A stretch of DNA of 63,797 nt, counting the filler, from Octopus bimaculoides (Eukaryota): NCBI RefSeq assembly GCF_001194135.2. It is 6 parts of 6 records of this genome, joined end to end, with 100 filler letters (N's around TTAATTAATTAA, not from the genome) between each part and the next. Parts side by side here need not be neighbours in the genome. Positions count along the whole stretch, not along the records: positions 36,160 to 57,615 come from NC_068984.1; positions 57,716 to 60,774 come from NC_068981.1; positions 60,875 to 63,797 come from NC_068983.1; 3 more parts are not named here. One strand, written 5' to 3'. The position numbers and the translations under genes were made by a program. How positions within the stretch are numbered: position 1 is the stretch's first letter; every line of letters begins with the position of its first letter. This document shows, piece by piece, positions 51,761-63,797 of the stretch. Below the pieces are notes generated by a model, which was given only the letters and a program-made list of their open reading frames with translations, had not been told where the DNA came from and did no database searches.

Positions 51761-52689
51761 TCTATCTTAAATACAGAAAATAATTAAAATATTTATATTG
51801 TGAAACTGCTGCATCCCGTTGCTCAGAGTTTTGAATACGGGCCTATGAAAGAGACGTTAGTCAGTGCTGGCTCTCTTAGCGTACTATTATCTTGATATCC
51901 TCGTAATATTTGATTTCATACACTCGATTTTGTAATAGGTGGCGATAGATTACTGTAGATTCTGAGAGGACCGATTTTTTTTTTTTTTAGGTCAGTGTTC
52001 TTATTCTTTGGTTTCATTAAATATAAACGAATGAATATCAAGAGTAATATCTAAGCCTCACTCAGGTAATACGAAAGAACTTATTTGACAATACGAGCGG
52101 TCTTTTGCATTTAAAAGTTTGGTTCGAATGATTTTTGGCTTGTTTATTTAATTTAAATAAAGTTATAGTTACCATACTCTTGCAGTCTTTGATTTGAGGC
52201 TAAATAACAGAAAACATACCAGAATACGTGACAGCGAGTGAATAAAAGTGTTCAATGGGTCTATTTAGTACAGGAATCTGTACGATTTTTTTAAAGTTGT
52301 TGGGCACTACACTACATATTCCAAATCTTATTTTATATTCAATACCAAGGATTACAATACTTGGTGTTTTAAATTAAAGAGAGAATAAACTAACAGGTAA
52401 TTCGATTTGAAAATGGAATTAACTCAGCATAGATTTTTACTGACTATTGACAGAGCCGTCTCAAATAACAGGTTACAAAATTAATAACTGCGGCTAACTT
52501 AAACAAATGACAGCTGCAGAATCTTCACATTATTAGAATAGCATGAAACTATGAAAGTATCACAAAATGTATACATACACAAATATACGCATATATACAT
52601 ACATACATAATACATACATACATACATACATACACACATACATGCATGCAAACATACATATATATGTATGTATGTAAACAAGCAAATCA

Positions 52690-54950
52690 CTAAACGTCCT
52701 ACCAACAGAAAGTAAAGAAGGAGATAGAAATGATGTTTGGGGACAACAAAAAGAGGACACTCACTTGCAAACTGATTACCCTCAAGCAGGAGCTAAAAGC
52801 TGTCAGTGAAAAATTCCGACTTCAGAAGAGAATAACCGAGAGAATAACAATAAATAAAAAATTTTAGCGCAACCAGGCAGCAGTATACAGATATGTGAGC
52901 GGAGGAGCAGTAAACATCACGGAAGCTCCTTCACGAGAATACATAGACTCCCTCTGGAGTGAAATCTGGAGTGAAGAGAAGGAATTTAACCAAAACATAC
53001 ATTCATGGTGAAACTTTGCAAATGTGATCCAGAAACTCCAGGATGAAAAAGCACCTGGAAGAGACTTGATTGTTGGATATTGGTACAAGAAGCCAACATT
53101 CTACCGACCATAGCTTATTAATCTGTACCAGCAATCTCTCATTGGGAACAGTAGCATACCATACTGGTTAGCTCTGGCAGATACAAAATTGATCCCCAAA
53201 GGCAGGACCGCCCATATGGCAAAAAAACTACCGCCAATTGCATGTCAGAACTTAATGTATAAGACATATACAGCATGTTTAAACCTCTTCCTCCAGGACC
53301 ATTGTGAAACCAATAACATTAATCACAGCAGAGCAAGCAGCTGGGAAGAAGGGAGTCTTGGAATGTGCCGAGCCACTGTTAATCAACAAAACTGTGATGT
53401 CAGAGGGGCTTAGTTTTAATGTGGCTACACTACAAGAAAGCCTTCTGTTCCCCACTCATGGATACTAGAAGCCCTTGAACTTGCTAAAGTTCCAGTGAGG
53501 ATAGTGAAAGCCATAGCTAACCTGACTTCATCGTCGGCCACCTTCTTGAAATTAACTACTGAGAGTGACTGTATTATCACCGATAATCGCAAAGGCATAT
53601 TCCAAGCAGACAGTCTCTCTGTGATGTTTATACTTTCTGTAAACCCCTAGTCATTCATCTTAAGGAAGTCTGATAGATATCTCGCTGGTTCACAAGGAAA
53701 CAGAAATCCCAAAATTACACTGTCTCTTTGTGGATGACTTAAAACTTTATGAAAAGAATATGCATGAGATGCAAAAGAGCCTTATCCTTGTTACAACATT
53801 TTCAAAGGACGAAGTGTTGGAGTTTGATCAGGATAAATTTTGTTATATGGTCGTGAAAAGGAAAAAAACTATAAACCAGACTAGTAACATCTCCGTCAAT
53901 GATCTGACTGTTTCCCCTGTATCTGACGATGCATAGATATGTTAGTAGAAAGCTCCGTGATGATACTAACATCGATCATCAAATCAGTTTATCATGGACC
54001 AATAGCCGGATTACTACCTCCCACTTTGAAGGGTATGCATTTGCAATACAGTCACAGAAAATATCAACCAAGTACCTGATGCACAAAAGGGATAGAAATG
54101 CAGGAAGAGCAGTAAAATGTGACAACCGATGCAGACTTTATGGAGTTCACACGGAAGATATCACCCACATCATAAGCAACTGTCCAAAAATGTCATCATG
54201 GTATTATCTACCGATGCGACATGATGTTGTAGCTAGGACACTCTATAATTAAATCGGTCGAAAGGATAATCTCGAGGACAAAGAAATAAGAACCCATAAT
54301 ATGATAGAAGCCATAGCCATTCATAATAAAAAGGAATATTGGTGGAATGTTCCAGTGAAGACCTCCATATATCAGTGCAGACCAGATATAATGATCTTGG
54401 ATAGAGAAGAGAAACTGTGCAGTGGATGTTAACATAAAGCTGAAGATCAGTGACAAGAAAAAACACCTACCCTGAACTATTGAGAACTTTGCAGTTACTC
54501 TACACAGATTACAAGTTCAGGTTAATACCTGTAATTATTTGGGCTCTGGGATATATAACACACTGCTTAAATACCGATCTTGAGAAATTAGGCTTCTCAA
54601 AACCAGAAAAGAGAATGCTAATTCGAAGACTACAGATCCAATCCATCACTGGAACTGTAAAAATCCGTAAAACTTTCCAGAAGATTATCATTTAAATATA
54701 TATGAGCATGTCTAGATATGCAACTATATGCATTAGAACATATACATAAAAAATATAAATCTGCACATATATGCATACATACATACATACATGCATGCAT
54801 GTATACGTGCATGCATACATACAAACAAAAATACCCTGTTATTGATGTTGAAATTCCAGTGAAGGATCCTTGGATCTAGGCTAGAAACCGGTTCTTTCTC
54901 TATTTGCAAGAATTCTTGGAATAAACTGAATAATGACATATGTATTATAT
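52690..54950 (+). mobile_element. R4/Dong-clade non-LTR retrotransposon relic (RT, CCHC knuckle, restriction-like endonuclease, 3' UTR), with deletions
   Basis: KAPGRDLIVGYWYK, RPIAC.NLMYK, YKKAF, GIFQADSLS, FVDDLKLY, CRLYGVHTEDITHIISNCP, RHD, RPDIMILD, IPVIIWALG; stop at 54695. Confidence 0.92.
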
Positions 54951-54966
54951 ATATATATGTATAATA

Positions 54967-55177
54967 CAGTTCTATTTTTAAGAGATGAGGAATTATGTAC
55001 ATTATTTACATTTGCCGGATATTTGTCCTCATCTTGTTTGTTGTTAACACAACGTTTCGGCTAATATACCCTCCAGCCTTCATCAGGTGCCTTGAGGAAA
55101 TTTCGAACTTGGGCTCTAATTGCTAAGGGATTTTTTATGTTGTTGTTGTTATTATATTGTTGCTGTTGTTGTTGTTG

Positions 55178-55228
<51 letters not shown>

Positions 55229-55306
55229 TTACTGCCAGGAACCGAACTCGGAATCTTGGGGTTAATAGCCCGCGCTCTTAACAACTACGCCATTATGCCC
55301 GTGGGC
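54967..55306 (-). mobile_element. Family H element, complete arm (tRNA head, (TAA)n(CAA)n, hammerhead, tail), TA|CAGT terminus
   Basis: Collinear with 26756-27029; ta|cagttctattttta at 54965. Confidence 0.88.
55046..55091 (-). ncRNA. Minimal type I hammerhead ribozyme with intact catalytic core
   Basis: GGCAC CUGAUGA A GGCUG-gagggtatat-UAGCC GAA ACGU U GUGUU: stem I GGCAC/GUGUU, stem II GGCUG/UAGCC, palindromic ACGU in place of helix III, predicted GUU cleavage triplet. Confidence 0.75.
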
Positions 55307-55315
55307 AGGCAGTAA

Positions 55316-55357
<42 letters not shown>
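55307..55357 (+). mobile_element. Start of an inverted second family H arm, running into a gap
   Basis: ggcagtaacctgaataataat is the reverse complement of attattcaggttactgcc at about 55220-55237. Confidence 0.8.
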
Positions 55358-56332
55358 NNNNNNNNNNNNNNNNNNNNNNNNNNNNNNNNNNNNNNNNNNN
55401 NNNNNNNNNNNNNNNNNNNNNNNNNNNNNNNNNNNNNNNNNNNNNNNNNNNNNNNNNNNNNNNNNNNNNNNNNNNNNNNNNNNNNNNNNNNNNNNNNNNN
55501 NNNNNNNNNNNNNNNNNNNNNNNNNNNNNNNNNNNNNNNNNNNNNNNNNNNNNNNNNNNNNNNNNNNNNNNNNNNNNNNNNNNNNNNNNNNNNNNNNNNN
55601 NNNNNNNNNNNNNNNNNNNNNNNNNNNNNNNNNNNNNNNNNNNNNNNNNNNNNNNNNNNNNNNNNNNNNNNNNNNNNNNNNNNNNNNNNNNNNNNNNNNN
55701 NNNNNNNNNNNNNNNNNNNNNNNNNNNNNNNNNNNNNNNNNNNNNNNNNNNNNNNNNNNNNNNNNNNNNNNNNNNNNNNNNNNNNNNNNNNNNNNNNNNN
55801 NNNNNNNNNNNNNNNNNNNNNNNNNNNNNNNNNNNNNNNNNNNNNNNNNNNNNNNNNNNNNNNNNNNNNNNNNNNNNNNNNNNNNNNNNNNNNNNNNNNN
55901 NNNNNNNNNNNNNNNNNNNNNNNNNNNNNNNNNNNNNNNNNNNNNNNNNNNNNNNNNNNNNNNNNNNNNNNNNNNNNNNNNNNNNNNNNNNNNNNNNNNN
56001 NNNNNNNNNNNNNNNNNNNNNNNNNNNNNNNNNNNNNNNNNNNNNNNNNNNNNNNNNNNNNNNNNNNNNNNNNNNNNNNNNNNNNNNNNNNNNNNNNNNN
56101 NNNNNNNNNNNNNNNNNNNNNNNNNNNNNNNNNNNNNNNNNNNNNNNNNNNNNNNNNNNNNNNNNNNNNNNNNNNNNNNNNNNNNNNNNNNNNNNNNNNN
56201 NNNNNNNNNNNNNNNNNNNNNNNNNNNNNNNNNNNNNNNNNNNNNNNNNNNNNNNNNNNNNNNNNNNNNNNNNNNNNNTATATATATATATATATATATA
56301 TGCAAGTGTGTATGTGTGTACAAATACACGCA

Positions 56333-56373
<41 letters not shown>

Positions 56374-57087
56374 GGGGCGTATGCCGTCAGTATAGTCGTA
56401 CGTGAACAGGTATGTGAATGTAATACGTATATTTTCTATTAGGTGCTAAACGACCAAATTTTACTAGAACTACTATGTCCCCCTTTAAGAATACCACATA
56501 CAACTGCTGTGGCTTTCATTTTCTTCCTTCTCCTCTTCTTCTTTCATAACAATTCCAGCCAGCTCCCACTCTTAGATTTTTAACCTCTTTCTTTTTCTCT
56601 CATTCTTAACCATTTCATCTCTTCCAAATGTTTTTCTCTGTAGATGCTTACGCTTGGGTGCGCCTTAGTACAAAGTAGAGTGGCTCCAGCTTAATATTCA
56701 CTTAAAATTTCCCTTAAATTCAGCATCCATCTACACTGTTTCCCTCTTCTTTCCTCCGCCTCTCATTTTCTTTGTTGTTAAAAACTTTTGATGAATACTC
56801 CACTCCCAAATTTTAAAGTATTTCTTCAATTTCTTTAGTCACTGACCATCTTATTTCTTCAAACATCAATTTTTCTTTTATCCGATTATTTTTAATCTCA
56901 TTTTTCTACTCTGTTATTCTGGCATCGCCACTCATTTCAAATTAGATCTTCGGAGAATTAAGTTAGGTTTCCTTAACAACAATGAAACCTTCATATAATT
57001 AAGGTATCTTCGGTCTGATATGTAGCTAGTTGGCTACCTCTCGTTGAATAATTATCAAAACAGGAGATCTGCTAGCTAGGAAGTATA

Positions 57088-57470
57088 CAAGGGTATTCAA
57101 ACAGAATGAATCGAATTCATTGCGCAATATTTTAATAAGGAAAAGCAATAACAAAAAAATCCAGTTAAGTAGCAAGTATTTACTCACAATGAACTTTTAT
57201 TCCCTGTCTTACAAGTGTTCAATGTGGCCACTACCTGCAGCACGGGCAACATCAATGCGATAAGATAATTCCTCCCAGATGGGTATCAGTATATCACCAT
57301 CCACTGAGTTGATTTCTGTTGTTATTCGATGTTTAAGGTCATCGAGGTTAGTGGGTAGCAGTGACACATAAATGCGATCTATTACATATTCACACAAGAA
57401 AAAGATCATACACAGTGAGGTTTGAGGATCTCGGAGGCTCTCTTTTTCCGACAAATCCATCACTGGGGCA
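57088..57470 (-). mobile_element. Tc1/mariner transposase C-terminus with terminus (rosa/DD41D-like wording)
   Basis: FFLCEYVIDRIYVSLLPTNLDDLKHRITTEINSV...IWEELSYRIDVARAAGSGHIEHL*; TA|caagggtattcaaa terminus. Confidence 0.85.
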
Positions 57471-57715
57471 CTTTTTTTTATTTAAGAAAGCTCGAACCAT
57501 CAGGCTTGATCACCGACGTCAAGACGTCTAGTGATGGTGAGGAGGCAGAAACCTCGAGGCCAATGTCAAACTTTTCCTTGTGTGTGTGCGTATATATATA
57601 TATATATATATATATNNNNNNNNNNNNNNNNNNNNNNNNNNNNNNNNNNNNNNNNNNNNTTAATTAATTAANNNNNNNNNNNNNNNNNNNNNNNNNNNNN
57701 NNNNNNNNNNNNNNN

Positions 57716-58117
57716 AAATATAAAGATCTTGAAATAGAAATTAGCAAAATGTGGAATCTGAAGACGAAAACAATACCTATTATCATAGGTGCCCTGGGAA
57801 TGACAGCGAAACGGGCTGATTACTACCTAGCTCAGATACCAGGAAACCCCAAAATGGCTGAAGTTCAAAAGATAGTGCTCATGGGAACTGCCCATATCCT
57901 ACGTAAAATACTGTTTATGTGATCTCAAATTTTAAAACGAACACATTATTTTCTTATGGTTTCTTAAATATTTTCTAGAACAACACTATGTACAAATCCA
58001 AATATATGGTAACCTAGGCATAACACCTACATGAACTTCTAACTTGTTATCTCTTGAGATCTCTGGGTGAGACTTGGATCCAACTTGTACAAATACAAAG
58101 CAAAAGTCAAACATAAA
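57716..58117 (+). mobile_element. 3' end of a second Dong/R4-like element (open frame to 57922, then 3' UTR ending at (TAA)n)
   Basis: KYKDLEIEISKMWNLKTKTIPIIIGALG...VQKIVLMGTAHILRKILFM*; 5' part hidden in a gap. Confidence 0.88.
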
Positions 58118-58318
58118 ATAATAATAATAATAATAACAACATTGAAAAATACCTTAGGAATGAAATAAGAACCCAGGTTCGAAATTTCCCCAAGACATCT
58201 GATGAAGACTGGAGGGTATATGAGCCGAAACGTTGTGTTAACAACAAACACGATGAGGACAAACATCAGTCAAATGTAAATAATGTATATAATTCCTCAT
58301 CTCTTAAATATAGAACTG
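58118..58318 (+). mobile_element. Family H 3' half ((TAA)n, hammerhead with damaged stem II, tail ending agaactg)
   Basis: gacatCTGATGAagactggagggtatatgagccGAAACGTTgtgtt at 58194-58239. Confidence 0.88.
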
Positions 58319-60489
58319 TGTTGTGTATTTGTTGTAATAAGGTACTCTCTTTTCAACTAGTCATGATTTAAGAACTATTACTTTATAGGAGTCGATTAGG
58401 TCGACGATACAGTCACCTAAATAATTTTATATTTTCTCAGTTTTTATTTCCCGGTAAATGAAAGAAATGGACGCGATAAAATGAAGAGATAAATTGAAAT
58501 GCTAAATACTAAAGAGGCAGTATTACGGTGACATTCTCGGGACAGTATAATTTTTAATGTATGAAGAAGGATAGTTGATTGAATAGAGTAGGACTACATT
58601 GACAAAATATGGTTCGTCGAGGGAGACAATACAATAATCTTCCGGCTAAGACAGGTACGTGTATCTTAGTATGTAGCTTTTATGAAAAGGATATATTGAA
58701 GCATGTGGCTGTTGTCTCTAAGTGTAGGTACTGTATATATTCCCTTCACACAATTGAAATGTAAAATGTATCACATACGAATATATATTTCTATATGACA
58801 CAGACATATATGTACGCAGTGTGTGTATGTATGTATGAGTGTGTGCATATGTGCATGTGTGTACGAGTGTGTATGTGTGTGTGCGTGTGAGTGTGTATGT
58901 GTATGGTTGTGTGCATGTGTCGAAACCACATCAAAATTGGACTCGCCACAGATGAGTGAATATTCCCGTTCATCTTTCTTTCTCCCATTAATGCCCTTTC
59001 CAGTTTCTACTATGGTATTGAATTTGTCTTACTTATTTAGTATAGCAGAGCTCCTTAGTCTATCTGGTTGCTTGGCAGAGTGAATTACATGTGTAACGGA
59101 AGAGTTTTATCAGAAAATTCTGTACTCTAAATAATTATCGCTTAAGTAGATCAGAATATCGTTATGCAGTAATTTTGAAATATAAATACCAAGAATCGCT
59201 TCATAGCATTTGGAACCAAATTGGAATGAGAAAAGGAGACAAGTGCTCATATATTTCCTCCTGTTAACAAAAAGTCAGACTACCACTTTCGTAATGAGAT
59301 GTCTGCTCTGGACAAAACTTGATCCGTGGGTTTATCTTTTCTTTTCGTTCGTTGATGGTCCCAGTTTCGATAAGCGATTATTCTACTTCTCTGAAAAAGA
59401 AAATAGTTTCGATAAGGCAAAAGGTTACCTCGTATGGTACTTAAGATACCTATGGATTACTGGTGAACAACAATATTTTATTTTATTTGTGGGTAGATGA
59501 AATAAATGCTTGGTTTCTGGAGTGGTGATTGTTCTTCATGTTTGGATAAACTAAGAACAAGTAAGAGATTATTAATTCTTGAGACTATCCCTTTTTGTCA
59601 CGTGATGCTTCCAAATTCCCCTAAACGATCATCACAGCTTCTCGATAGAGTGATAGTTTAAGTTGTATGGTATTTATTTGTTTTCTTTGTTCAAGTAGAT
59701 ACTATAGAAATCTAACGATTTCTGTATCAGTGATACAAAGCTTGATGGAAGTTTTCCATTCCCTGCCTAAACAAACTCCCTTCCCTACTATCTCAAACCA
59801 GACTGGTCTCCTCAATCCACAATGGGATCTCAGAATCTAGAAGTCTGTCCCTCAAAACAAACCGTTCGGGATACCAAAATAAAAATATCAATGCATCAAA
59901 TGAGATCCCTTGTAAGGATGTTTGTTTCAAACTTCAAAAATCTCCACTGTCTATGTTATAACTAATTGCTTTTCTTTTTCTGGAAGTAGCGCTTTAGTTC
60001 TTTATTTTGCTTTAGACATCGGAGCGGAATACTTGCTTGTGTACCATCAAATATCCCTGATACAATATGTGATGTGGCAAGACATAAATATAATTTTTTT
60101 ACGAGTAATACTTATGAACAATTATAGAATACTATGTAAACATGATAGATGATAATCGTGTTATCTTAAATTCTGAGGCTTCAGTGAGTATAAGTAATGG
60201 TCGACAATATTCGTGAGAAGTAACAGGTGAAAACATACGTAAGCTTCTCTATTGAAATATGTACTGTTTACTTTTTTGATAATAATTTGTTTCAAGTAGC
60301 AGTTACCGTAATTAGAAAGTTCCCAGGTTCGTTCCTTTTATATATTTTTCGGCGGCATCTAATATCTATTAAGGTATAAAATTACATGATATCTTTAATA
60401 TATAAATTAAGAATGTTATATATAAATAAAAAAAAAACCTCCGTGTAACATCTAATATATATATGTATAGATATGAGAAATAAAAAAAT

Positions 60490-60735
60490 TGATAAATGCG
60501 CCCTTTTAAGCCTAGTCAGGTTCACGGCGTATGTGTTTCAATGGCGTATGTGTTCCTCAGCTGGACGGGACGCCAGTCCATCGCAGCGTCACTGGTTTTT
60601 GCCAGCTGAGTGGACTGGAGCAAGGGAAAGTAAGTGTTTTGCTCAAGAACAGAACGCATCGACCGGTCCAGGAATCGAAACCACAATCTTACGATCATGA
60701 TGCTGACACCCTAACAACTAAGTCATGCGCCTCCA
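60490..60735 (-). mobile_element. tRNA-derived SINE with CORE-like and V-like blocks (family E)
   Basis: Reverse complement: ggaggcgcatgacttagttgttagg (box A), ggtttcgattcc (box B), ttcttgagcaaaacactt, ctgcgatggactggcgtcccgtccag. Confidence 0.78.
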
Positions 60736-60874
60736 CATATATATATATATACATATATATATACATTTTTATATNNNNNNNNNNNNNNNNNNNNNNNNNN
60801 NNNNNNNNNNNNNNNNNNTTAATTAATTAANNNNNNNNNNNNNNNNNNNNNNNNNNNNNNNNNNNNNNNNNNNN

Positions 60875-60929
<55 letters not shown>

Positions 60930-61229
60930 ATGTGTGTGCGTATATGTGTATATATTTGTATATACATATATAATCTTTTGCAAGTAGATTGTTTACCTAG
61001 ATCACCCTGAACTTTGTGTCTCAAAATAAGTTTTGGACTTATAAACTTTCTTTCAGTCACTGAACACAGCATCGTGAACGGATTTTATCGCACACTGTAC
61101 GTTTACTCGTATATAAAAACGAACAACAAAATTATGCATATGCTTGTTATTGTTTGTGCTTATATTTACGTATGCTTATCTGCAAATAGACATGTTTGTG
61201 TATATGCACACACAAACTTTCACACAAAG

Positions 61230-61262
<33 letters not shown>

Positions 61263-62911
61263 TATATGGAATTCTCTTTCACTCCATTATTCACCCTCGT
61301 TCTGATCTCTCCCTCTCTTTGATTCGCTTTCAGGCTTTGTTTCTTTAAAATTGCCTAACATTCTGTCTTCTTCTTCTGTCACATTTTATTCCACTTTCGC
61401 CCTATAAATAAATATTCATGTGATGAATCGGTTATTTCATTACATTTATAATTCTGTAGCAGCTCTTGGGTGATAGAAAATAACATCATATTTTGAAACT
61501 GATAGAATTCTTAAGATGGAAATTAATGCAATATGCAGTTAATACTGTTGAAGAATGCCTTAAATGGCGTAAGTCAAAGAAATTAGCAACGAAGTTCGAA
61601 GTAAGTACCTACAGCTTGAAACTAGAAAAAAAGAAATGATTTCATATCTGCTTAGTAAATGTCACCTATATTGGTTAATGTAAGACTCTAATGCAATAAG
61701 AATCAGCTTACTTTTTTTAACAATTTACAGAATATAACTTGAATGTAGACAGTCGTAAGGTTAGTGAAACGTTGAGTTAGTTTTCTTATAACGTATATTT
61801 ACTGCTCTAATTCCGTAATATGTGAATATTCTTTTCATCTACAGAACTTTGAAAATGCTTACTAGTCAAATACTAGGAATTTAATGTAAACAGCAGTATT
61901 CTTTTAGTTATGTAAGTGCTATTCATATGACAATACTAGAATTCAATTTTAAACTGTTGAGTATGAAGTCAGAAATTCAGAAGAGTATTTTCTTAGGACA
62001 CCAGAGGCAATACCCGCAATGAAATACCCACAATGTAAAATTACTCCAAACGTTTGTTCTCTGTAATCCTCCAGATCAGCATGACTGAATAATAAATGTG
62101 CATAATTGTAATTATAATTCTCCTGTAACTAATTATGTAATTAATAGTAATCCATGAATTCTAACACTATCAAAACAAGTTTTGTTAATATTAGTTCTTT
62201 TGATCTAGCCTAAATAATTAAAGTGAAATAAGAACTGAATATTTTCATCTCATCTTTATAATAATAGTTTGCATTCCTTGTATGAAATATATTCAAACAA
62301 ACTAAACTAAACTAAACCCTTTTTCTGAATTTGTTGTAAATAAACTTCACCTATCATCATAATTATCGTGAATAATAACCGAAAGATAGTTAAGTCTAGC
62401 CATTAACAAAAAAATGTGTGACCCAGTGAGGAATAAGACATTAGTTGGATATCAACATAGACATAAGGATAATATGAGAGTATATTTTAGTCGTGCATGT
62501 GTCAAAATGTACACTTGGTATCTATGTTAGAATTTGGGAGTGTGTTTGCAAAAGCGTGAGGTAAAGTGTGCATTGAGAAAATTTGGTTTAGCAAGTTACA
62601 CCTTTCTGTCAATGGGTAATATATCTGCTGACTGAGAACTAAACAGAAATATCTCGATTGACTAGTAAGATTCACTATAAACACAGAGATATATATATAT
62701 ATATCATACATGCAGAGAGATACAAAGAGAAGGGAAGATAATATAGAGATTGGGGAGAAGCCAGAACACGCCAGCCCATTGAGAATGTTGCAACAATAAA
62801 CTTCATCCTCTCAGTGATAGAAAAACTCACTTACACATACATACACACAAGCAGTTGTTTGTACAAATTTATACAGAGGCATATTTTCACATTAACACAC
62901 ATAGCGCACGA

Positions 62912-62981
<70 letters not shown>

Positions 62982-63797
62982 TAAGTGTGTGTATGTATGC
63001 ATCTGTGTGTACTCTTCCCAATCTGATGTTTATTTTTCTTTCTTTCTTTACTGTCTCATTTATTGAATGTTTATACAGTTAGCAAACGAAAATTTATGTA
63101 CTTGCTGCACTCGTTTCAACGAATCAGGCCATATTGACATTCGTATAGTATTCAAAAAAATTCTTAGTAGTCTGCCGAACATTATCCATTTGTAGACTAA
63201 AATGTTAAGTAAATTGAGGTTACAACATTCACAAAGTCAGCTGGTTATCCCCTGTAGCAAGCTACTACTAAGTAAAGGATAAAATATAATTACATGGCAG
63301 TCTAAATACGTACAAAACAGTATGCATGTGTGTTTATAAGTATATATTGTATGTGTATCACTGCTACTGCTTCGTTTTCATGGGCAGAAGCCAGCAGTGG
63401 TGAGGTGTAGTGTGCGTTGAAGTGTATGTATGTGATTATGTAAAGAGAAGAATGGTACAATTATTAGACTGCGAGGGATTTAATCATGAACTATGTTTGT
63501 ACGTAAGTTATTTTACATAAGTATATGTAAGTAGTTACGTCACAATGGAAGCGAAGAAGAAATGTTTCTGTCAGTGAGAGAAGACAGACATATTTTATCG
63601 CATGTCTCCGCTTATAACTCAACGACTTAACCGCACTACCGAAGCAAGCGAGGGTAGATTGACACTATGTGGAAGATACAAATACTAGAAAGAAAAGATG
63701 AACTGCACACACATTAAGTTCGGCATATTTCTATACAGTCCCACACGCACATACAAATATAACACACAGACACATACATACATACATATATATATAT

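Noticed and set aside
58609-58660. Possible first coding exon ATG...ACAG|GTACGT (MVRRGRQYNNLPAKT)
   Set aside because: Short enough to arise by chance in 64 kb, with no downstream exon or homology.
59210-59500. 96-aa ORF in unique-looking DNA
   Set aside because: No recognisable motif, near-cognate start, length compatible with chance.

Overview
AT-rich, gappy eukaryotic DNA made mostly of microsatellites and decayed mobile elements. No intact host gene, rRNA, true tRNA gene or CRISPR array can be supported. The repeat content suggests a cephalopod, probably Octopus (inference, not a database result). It includes several tRNA-headed SINE families, RTE, L1/Tx1 and R4/Dong-type non-LTR relics, many Tc1/mariner/pogo relics (including DD37D), and hAT and foldback MITEs. 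Most supplied ORFs are N-run or microsatellite artefacts. The most notable signal is a dispersed repeat family at 26756-27144, 35778-35850, 54967-55357 and 58118-58318. Its unit is a tRNA-like Pol III head, a (TAA)n tract and a minimal type I hammerhead ribozyme of the kind known from Penelope-like elements. Two loci are head-to-head inverted pairs, and in one copy a Dong/R4-like retrotransposon appears to have inserted into the TAA tract. Other notable items are an RTE that keeps both ends but has lost its RT domain, an inverted (CCCTAA)6/(TTAGGG)5 telomeric hairpin, and several long palindromic elements. All alignments were done by eye, so boundaries are approximate.
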